Source of the DNA: a virus
Taxonomy: Duplodnaviria; Heunggongvirae; Uroviricota; Caudoviricetes
DNA length: 64,000 nt
IMG/VR virus record: IMGVR_UViG_3300045988_150439
Strand: one strand, 5' to 3'
This document shows, piece by piece, positions 57,408 to 64,000 of this stretch; within the stretch, counting starts at the first letter, position 1, and each line of letters starts with the position of its first letter. The notes beneath the pieces are model-generated. The model did not search any database. It was not told the DNA's origin and was given only the letters and a program-made list of their open reading frames with translations. A program made the position numbers and the translations under genes.

Positions 57408-58022
57408 ATGTTCGGGATGTCAATTACACAATCAGATGGAAGTTTGTGGATGAGTCCAGAATTTACTCCGCAAAATCTGATTAATAAAGGGACAATGTCT
57501 ACATCTAAAGGTTCTGTTTTTCAAACATCAATCCCATCAAACAAATCATGCTTTTTCTTCATAAAAAGCAGTAATAAGGCGAACATGATGTTTATTCATG
57601 AGCATAGTAACGGATACAATGCTCTCAGATTGCATCAGGTAAATGGTAGCCCCGGAACAATAACAGTTTATGCTTTTTCTGATATGGTGTTACCACATTC
57701 TGGCTATGGCATTGCCATGTATAACAGCGCAGGCGCAATGGTGTATCACGGTGAGATGATGCCCCTTGATGCGAAACTTATCACTATTTCTGACCCTCAA
57801 TTTACAATAGATATGGGGTATCCATGTGCGGTAATGCCTGCTATGGTTGGGGTATATAACTATAGACGAACCGATTACGACAGACCTGTCTATGTAACAA
57901 TGACAGGTGCAACTGGAAACCAAGTATATAACGGTCAATGGTATTCCGGTAATGTCACATGGGATATTAAGAAGATTTATACAAACAAAATTCTGGTGAT
58001 AAATACCTCCAAGTATGATTAG
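57408..58022 (+). CDS. hypothetical protein (AT-rich, beta-rich)
   Basis: 204 aa from the ATG 2 bp after the previous stop; same composition as its neighbour. Confidence 0.4.
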   Translation: MFGMSITQSDGSLWMSPEFTPQNLINKGTMSTSKGSVFQTSIPSNKSCFFFIKSSNKANMMFIHEHSNGYNALRLHQVNGSPGTITVYAFSDMVLPHSGYGIAMYNSAGAMVYHGEMMPLDAKLITISDPQFTIDMGYPCAVMPAMVGVYNYRRTDYDRPVYVTMTGATGNQVYNGQWYSGNVTWDIKKIYTNKILVINTSKYD

Positions 58023-58125
58023 CCAATGCCTTTATTTGAAGGATTGCCTGTTTATTTCTATTTAGTACCTTTTCATTTTTGAAATAATTGCACCATTAAA
58101 CAAATCACTTCTTAATGGTGCAATT

Positions 58126-59811
58126 ATGAATACAGCCCTTTCCATCATCGACGATGCCAACTCAAACACTGCTATCGACTATCGGCAGGAAATGAACGTC
58201 ATCCACGAAATTGTGGCCGAGTGCGAGAAAGAGATCGCCTTCATGTATCAGGTACACGACTTCGTTTATGGCGACGAACGCCACAACATGATTAATCGCC
58301 TGCTGAGACTAAACCATCGACCAGATGAAGATCGCTCGCGTTTAAATCGAGGTTGGTTGGATAAAGTCGATCTGGAATGGGTGAAACAGAATATTTGGGC
58401 CGAGTACTGGAGGAAGGTCACGGACATGACTAACGTTTTGCTGATCATGCCAGCTTCCCGTCGAGATGAGTGGCGCGAGCAGTTTATAGAGGGCAAACAG
58501 GAAGTCATCAAAACTGACAGAACCGGCTACCAGATGAAGGTTAAAGAGTTCGTTGGTGTACCGGAGTTCAAAGCAGAAACGGTCATACCCACGATGCTTA
58601 ATTTGCTGAATGACAGGCACAAATATCTCTCTGAGCGCGTGTATGGCTTGTTTAAGGCGCTGAGTCCTGCGCACAAGACAAATAAGACAAACGGTTTCAG
58701 CGAGCGTCTGATAATCGCTGACTGCATTTCTGATTTCTGGCGGGACAGCGTTAGCGTGAACTATCGCAAAGAGGACTACATCGACGATCTGCGTGTCTTG
58801 CTTCATTTCTTCGCGCACAAAGAATTTATTACCATCAACCGCACTGCTGAGGTGCTATCAGCTGCGTATCGAGCAAACGACTGCCAGACCGGTGACTGGA
58901 TTAACGTCGATGGAAATCTGATGCGCGTGAAGATGTTCAAGAACGGCAACGTTCACTTTGAAATACATCCTGACGTGGCCTGGAAGTTGAATGAGGTGCT
59001 GGCTTACAGTATGCCTGCTGCAATCCCCGCGCCATGCCGAACTGCGCCAAAAACACGGGCACCAAAGCAGTTCGGTTTAATCCAGAAGACGATCTCCGTG
59101 CAGGTTCGCACTGCGCTTCGTGACGGGCGATTGAGCAAAGACAAAGGCGTATGGTACTTCTCTGATTCAGCTCTCCAGAAGTCGCAGGTGGAAGAGCTTG
59201 AGCGCACACTGAGCTTCATTGGCGGCGTGCAGGAGAAAAAGCACTGGCAGTTCCCGTATGACATCGGCCATACGCTAAATACGATTGTGGCTACCGGTTT
59301 AATACCGGATACAAAATCACACCAGTTCTACCCTACCCCACGCTTGATTGCTGAGTACGTTGCCAGAGCCACTGAATTGAAGCCTGGTGAGAAGCTGTTG
59401 GAGCCTCAAGCCGGACGTGGGGATCTTCTGGCCTATATTAACGCCGATCTGGAAGATGTTACCTGCATAGAAATCGCACCTCTCTTCGCTGATATCCTGC
59501 GTGGAAAAGGGTATACGAACACGATTTGCTGCGACTTCATAAAGTGGTCTGAGGACAACGCAGGTTATCAGTTCGACAAAATCGTTATGAACCCGCCGTA
59601 CTCGCTTGGTCGTCATAGAGAGCACACGCTGGCTGCGCTGGGGCATCTGAAAGTCGGCGGGCGTCTTGTAGCAGTATTGCCGGGCACTGCGCCAATACTG
59701 GACTGGATGACGATGGATAATTACGTTTATGCCAGAGGGAAGTCGTTTACCAACGAGTTTGAAGACACAGGGATCACAGTCAGCGTATACGTTTTCAAAC
59801 GCGTTAAATGA
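58126..59811 (+). CDS. N6-adenine DNA methyltransferase with a large N-terminal domain of unknown function
   Basis: C-terminal class I SAM-MTase with motif I LEPQAGRGDL and motif IV NPPYS; about 380 aa N-terminal extension unassigned. Confidence 0.55.
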   Translation: MNTALSIIDDANSNTAIDYRQEMNVIHEIVAECEKEIAFMYQVHDFVYGDERHNMINRLLRLNHRPDEDRSRLNRGWLDKVDLEWVKQNIWAEYWRKVTDMTNVLLIMPASRRDEWREQFIEGKQEVIKTDRTGYQMKVKEFVGVPEFKAETVIPTMLNLLNDRHKYLSERVYGLFKALSPAHKTNKTNGFSERLIIADCISDFWRDSVSVNYRKEDYIDDLRVLLHFFAHKEFITINRTAEVLSAAYRANDCQTGDWINVDGNLMRVKMFKNGNVHFEIHPDVAWKLNEVLAYSMPAAIPAPCRTAPKTRAPKQFGLIQKTISVQVRTALRDGRLSKDKGVWYFSDSALQKSQVEELERTLSFIGGVQEKKHWQFPYDIGHTLNTIVATGLIPDTKSHQFYPTPRLIAEYVARATELKPGEKLLEPQAGRGDLLAYINADLEDVTCIEIAPLFADILRGKGYTNTICCDFIKWSEDNAGYQFDKIVMNPPYSLGRHREHTLAALGHLKVGGRLVAVLPGTAPILDWMTMDNYVYARGKSFTNEFEDTGITVSVYVFKRVK

Positions 59812-59872
59812 TAGGTAAATACTTACTTAATTTGTGTAAGAATGTAGTTACTAAACGATAAGAGAAAAACAC

Positions 59873-60577
59873 ATGAACAACCTCCAGTTAGAGCATTTTA
59901 ACGTCACAGGCCATTCTGATTTTCCTTTCAAGTTTACATTGAAAGGTTATGCAGAGGATGCGGTAGGCCAGATCATTATTGATAAAGGCATCGTTAAGTT
60001 TGAGGGGAATTTTGATGAATCCGCGAAAACATTCATAGACTTCGTTGCCAAACGTTGGAGCGAGCAATGGAAAGACCTGGAAAAGCGCGCTAGTGAGTTT
60101 GATCGGTTCATGGATGCAATGGATACAGCAAAAGAGGCTCTGGCTGCCGGGACTCCGTTAGATCTGGAGTCACTTTTCAACGGCGAAGTGGCATCTGCGA
60201 TGTTCGCTACCATGTTCGCGGGTGAGTTCGTCCGCAGCGGTGCCAAAAATTACCTTGAGCTGGATTACAACGTCCCTGCAATTGGCGATTTCGTCGTTAC
60301 CATCCAACGCAAAGAAGGTAAGACGCCAGGTGAACGCGTCGCAGAACTTGAGGCTGTTGTGGATCAGCGTAACGGAGAGTGTGACCGTTTGATCAACGAG
60401 CTTCATGCACTTCGGGAAGAAAGAATATGCGCGGGTAGCAATACACGTAATGCAGCGGACATCTACTTCCAGTTAGTTGAGGAATGCCAGATTCCACCAG
60501 GTGGCTCTCTTGTCGATTACGTAAGACATTTAATGGCGGAAGTTAGCTCCAGCCATAAAGATGGTGAGGTGCGCTGA
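59873..60577 (+). CDS. hypothetical protein
   Basis: 234 aa; start context aaaaacacATG. Confidence 0.45.
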   Translation: MNNLQLEHFNVTGHSDFPFKFTLKGYAEDAVGQIIIDKGIVKFEGNFDESAKTFIDFVAKRWSEQWKDLEKRASEFDRFMDAMDTAKEALAAGTPLDLESLFNGEVASAMFATMFAGEFVRSGAKNYLELDYNVPAIGDFVVTIQRKEGKTPGERVAELEAVVDQRNGECDRLINELHALREERICAGSNTRNAADIYFQLVEECQIPPGGSLVDYVRHLMAEVSSSHKDGEVR

Positions 60578-60957
60578 TGTTTGGCATTGATGCACAGCGT
60601 ATAGCAGCTTTTGCAAAAAGCCCTCTTGATAATCCCTTGTCTCGTAGTGAGCAAATGGAGCTGGCAAGGCTTTTTCTTCACATTCAAAAACAGGCAGACG
60701 TTTTCAATAACATGCCTGATCAACCTATTCTGGATGGTCACATCCAGATGGTCATTAACAGTCATGAGAAAGGCTGGGCTGCAATCGTCCCCTGCACAAT
60801 TACATACAAGTTGGCGAAAGAGGTTCAAGAGTTTCGAAAAGTCAGCGTCGAATCAGAGTCTACCAAAGCCGCAATAAACACTCTTATTCGCATGGGGTTC
60901 ACATGGGACGGTGGAGCTTACTGGCAAGCACCTCAACCCATTTTATACGGAAATTAG
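60577..60957 (+). CDS. hypothetical protein
   Basis: 126 aa ORF overlapping the previous stop; hairpin ggccat-aagcc-atggcc follows at 60990-61006. Confidence 0.4.
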   Translation: MFGIDAQRIAAFAKSPLDNPLSRSEQMELARLFLHIQKQADVFNNMPDQPILDGHIQMVINSHEKGWAAIVPCTITYKLAKEVQEFRKVSVESESTKAAINTLIRMGFTWDGGAYWQAPQPILYGN

Positions 60958-61774
60958 GCTCTACAAATCCTTCTGCATGAATAAATAAAGGCCATAAGCC
61001 ATGGCCTTAAATAAATTGTTTTCTGCCTTTACTTGTTTGTGAAAATAACCACAATTAGAAAACAACGGAGTTAAGAATGTCTCGCATTTCCGAAGCACAT
61101 ATGTTCGCCGCTGGCGTTCAATAGCGGAAACCGCCATGTACAGGGTCAAACAGTTGTTCGGAGGTTCACTGACGCAGCGTGATTATGACGGTCAGGTTGC
61201 AGAGGCACTGGCTATGGCGCGCCCTGAACAAAATGACAAAGGCAGGTATGCCAGAAAGCGTTCGAGTTGCCTGAAAACCCAACCGGATACAGAGAGGTTC
61301 ACCCGAAATCTGATTTATACAATAAAGCCTCAGAGTGGTCTGGGATGCTTCTTTCGCCACGCCATCCACATTCTGTATTCTGTCCTTATGTTTCCTTCAG
61401 AAGTTACTTTATTGTACTTTGTGGTCGGTGGAGAGGCTAAAACGCTTTCGAGCGTTTCACCTGCATCGAATCGCGCGTACAGCTTGTAATCGGCGGCATT
61501 CGGGTTTGTCGGCTCACTTTTACCATGACTCATTTTTATCATCCTTTGCGATAAGAGCTTAACTCTGCCAGACGCCGGCTGTTGACGCCATAAACGAATT
61601 TTACGTCTAGTGGTAAAGCACCTTAGGGAATCGACACCTCAGGGTTTCAAATCCTAATACATAGTGAAGGTCTTACTCAATACTCGCCTAAACGGAATTA
61701 TTCTTCATCACCGGCAGGGGCTGCTGTGCAGTCGAAGATATTGAGCTTGTACTGTATGCATAAGGTAAAACGCT

Positions 61775-62086
61775 ATGGGCTTCCCTTCTTCTGTGGCGGA
61801 TAGCCATCACCGTGAGGGAATATTGCAGGGTGCATTGCTAGTGGTCGATTCCTCACTTACCCCGGTTGATGGTTCTCTGCTTGTGTGCGCTATGGAGGGG
61901 GAATATCGCGTAAAAAGATACCGGAAGTATCCACGTCAGCATCTGGAGGATTTAAGAACCGGTAAGAAGGAAGCATTGCCAAAGGATGACGATGGATGCA
62001 CGGGCAGCAATGCCGTGTTTGGTGTGATCACTCACATTATCAACGACGCAAGAAGTGGCGAGTTTGATGATTGTCCCGTGATGTAG
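61775..62086 (+). pseudogene. UmuD/LexA-like S24 peptidase remnant (catalytic segment missing)
   Basis: GFPSSVAD, LLVVDSSLTPVDGSLLVCAMEGEYRVKRY and VFGVITHIIN align to UmuD as recalled, but the region containing the active-site Ser motif is absent. Confidence 0.4.
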
Positions 62087-62123
62087 GAGAACTGATTAGG
62101 CGGTGCAATGCACCGCCTTTTTA

Positions 62124-63224
62124 TCACACTGCGCGGAATGCGATCTCTCCAGGTATTACTTCGCCTTGCCAATACATTTGGGCAGCAACGCGATCTGCGA
62201 GGTCACGATAAATAGCCGTAAATTCGCTATCTGGACGACTAATAACGGTTGGTGTTCCGTTATCCAGATCTTCACGAAGTGAGATATGAAGTGGCATTTG
62301 GCCTAACAACAGCGTGTTGTATTTCTCGGCCAGTTTCTGTGCGCCACCGGTGCCAAAAATTGGCTCGTGATGACCGCAGTTACTGCAAATATGCACACTC
62401 ATGTTTTCGACGATACCCAGTACCGGCACTTCGACTTTTTCGAACATCACAATGCCTTTCTTCGCATCGATCAGCGCGATGTCTTGCGGCGTAGTTACCA
62501 CAACCGCACCAGTTACAGGAATGTTCTGCGCCAGCGTCAACTGAATATCACCAGTGCCCGGCGGCATATCGAGAACGAGATAGTCCAGATCAGGCCACAG
62601 TGTTTCTTGCAACATTTGCATCAACGCCTTGCTCGCCATAGGGCCACGCCACACCATCGCGTTGTCGTCAGTGACCAGATAACCAATTGAATTGGTTGCC
62701 AGGCCATGAGACATAATAGGTGCCATGTGAGTACCGTCTGGTGAGGTTGGACGTTGGTTTTCCGCGCCCAGCATGGTTGGAATTGATGGCCCGTAGATAT
62801 CGGCATCAAGAATGCCAACTTTCGCACCTTCAGCGGCTAACGCCAGCGCCAGGTTTACCGCCGTGGAAGATTTACCTACCCCACCCTTGCCTGAGCTGAC
62901 GGCGATAATGTTCTTAACGCCATTAATGCCTGGTTGGTTTTTAACGCGCTTCAGCGTGGCAATGTTGTGAGACAGCTTCCAGTCGATAGCCTTTGCACCA
63001 GTGATACGGAGCAGATCACCACTACATTGCTCTTTCAGGTCTTCAAAAGGCTTATTCCACACGAAAGGCATGATTAGTTCGACATGCAGTGTGTCATCCA
63101 TCAACGCAACATGGTGTAACGCTTTAAGCGTAGTCAGGTTGTGTTTCAGGGTTGGGTGCTGAAAAGTAGCCAGCGTACCGGCTACCATTGCTCTCAGGGC
63201 ATCCGGCGATTTGGACTCGCTCAT
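62124..63224 (-). CDS. apbC: iron-sulfur cluster carrier ATPase ApbC/Mrp (chromosomal)
   Basis: 366 aa; Walker A SGKGGVGKS and CxxC (CSNCGH) motifs; divergent from metG, as in enterobacterial chromosomes. Confidence 0.9.
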   Translation of the reverse strand: MSESKSPDALRAMVAGTLATFQHPTLKHNLTTLKALHHVALMDDTLHVELIMPFVWNKPFEDLKEQCSGDLLRITGAKAIDWKLSHNIATLKRVKNQPGINGVKNIIAVSSGKGGVGKSSTAVNLALALAAEGAKVGILDADIYGPSIPTMLGAENQRPTSPDGTHMAPIMSHGLATNSIGYLVTDDNAMVWRGPMASKALMQMLQETLWPDLDYLVLDMPPGTGDIQLTLAQNIPVTGAVVVTTPQDIALIDAKKGIVMFEKVEVPVLGIVENMSVHICSNCGHHEPIFGTGGAQKLAEKYNTLLLGQMPLHISLREDLDNGTPTVISRPDSEFTAIYRDLADRVAAQMYWQGEVIPGEIAFRAV

Positions 63225-63381
63225 CCCGTCTCCTTTATTTTAATTTGCGCAATTGTCGCCTTGTAGTGTACTCCAGCTACGACATTTAATCATTTATGAG
63301 AAATGCTGTTATCACATGGCAGACATAAGGCCATTTTGTTACTATCAAGCCCCTTTTCACTACAAAGAAGTAATGCCTACT

Positions 63382-64000
63382 ATGACCCAAGTCGCGAAGA
63401 AAATTCTGGTGACGTGCGCGCTGCCGTACGCTAACGGCTCTATCCACCTCGGCCATATGCTGGAGCACATCCAGGCTGATGTCTGGGTTCGTTACCAGCG
63501 AATGCGCGGCCACGAGGTCAACTTCATCTGCGCCGACGATGCCCACGGTACACCGATCATGCTGAAAGCTCAGCAGCTTGGTATCACCCCGGAGCAGATG
63601 ATTGGCGAAATGAGTCAGGAGCATCAGACTGATTTCGCAGGCTTTAATATCAGCTACGACAACTATCACTCGACGCACAGCGAAGAGAACCGTCAGTTGT
63701 CTGAGCTTATCTATACTCGCCTGAAAGAGAACGGTTTTATTAAAAACCGCACCATCTCTCAGTTGTACGACCCGGAAAAAGGTATGTTCCTGCCGGATCG
63801 TTTTGTGAAAGGCACCTGCCCGAAATGTAAAGCGCCAGATCAATACGGCGATAACTGTGAAGTCTGCGGCGCGACCTACAGCCCGACTGAACTGATCGAG
63901 CCGAAATCTGTGGTTTCTGGCGCTACGCCGGTAATGCGTGATTCCGAACACTTCTTCTTTGATCTGCCCTCTTTCAGCGAAATGTTGCAGGCATGGACCC
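63382..64000 (+). CDS. metG: methionyl-tRNA synthetase, 5' portion (runs off the window end)
   Basis: [46 protein letters not shown] (HIGH motif) and zinc knuckle CPKCK...CEVCG. Confidence 0.9.
   Translation, partial: MTQVAKKILVTCALPYANGSIHLGHMLEHIQADVWVRYQRMRGHEVNFICADDAHGTPIMLKAQQLGITPEQMIGEMSQEHQTDFAGFNISYDNYHSTHSEENRQLSELIYTRLKENGFIKNRTISQLYDPEKGMFLPDRFVKGTCPKCKAPDQYGDNCEVCGATYSPTELIEPKSVVSGATPVMRDSEHFFFDLPSFSEMLQAWT

Noticed and set aside
61585-61680. Possible tRNA or tRNA-fragment att site (ggtttcaaatcc resembles a T-loop)
   Set aside because: Could not fold a credible acceptor stem or anticodon arm on either strand.
1-64000. CRISPR array
   Set aside because: No regularly spaced direct repeats with unique spacers; the only repeat arrays are the iterons at 34.5-36.7 kb, which have plasmid-origin characteristics.

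Overview
Most of this window (about 1 to 61.5 kb) is a large phage-like mobile element with plasmid-type maintenance functions; its right end abuts ordinary enterobacterial chromosome (apbC/mrp on the minus strand at 62124-63224, metG starting at 63382 and running off the window). The element carries a ParA-type partition pair (217-1244), a RepA-like initiator flanked by iteron arrays, DnaA boxes and GATC clusters (34.5-36.8 kb), a tyrosine recombinase next to a lox-like 13-7-13 bp site (15.35-16.6 kb) and an XRE-type regulator. It also encodes a very complete T4-like DNA replication and nucleotide metabolism set: DnaB-like helicase, primase, ATP-dependent ligase, Pol III alpha plus a separate DnaQ-like exonuclease, gp32-like SSB, flap endonuclease, SbcCD, RuvC-like resolvase, NrdAB, ThyA, DHFR, RNase HI and two N6-adenine methyltransferases. 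From memory this architecture resembles SSU5/pHCM2-type phage-plasmids, but that is an inference I could not check. No capsid, tail or lysis genes are recognisable here. Accessory cargo includes three tRNAs (Asn, Thr, Ser) embedded among long-stem hairpin elements, an AT-rich two-gene candidate defense module (Abi-like protein plus PD-(D/E)xK protein), a KAP-family NTPase, a YafO-like toxin gene, a CspA-family gene and an SPFH lipoprotein. The most striking individual observations are a LAGLIDADG intein splitting the P-loop of the RecA homolog, a 15-bp core repeated three times that matches the arm of the lox-like site, and two families of palindromic motifs recurring in intergenic regions. 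All calls rest on reading the six-frame translations and the sequence by eye; nothing was searched or folded computationally.
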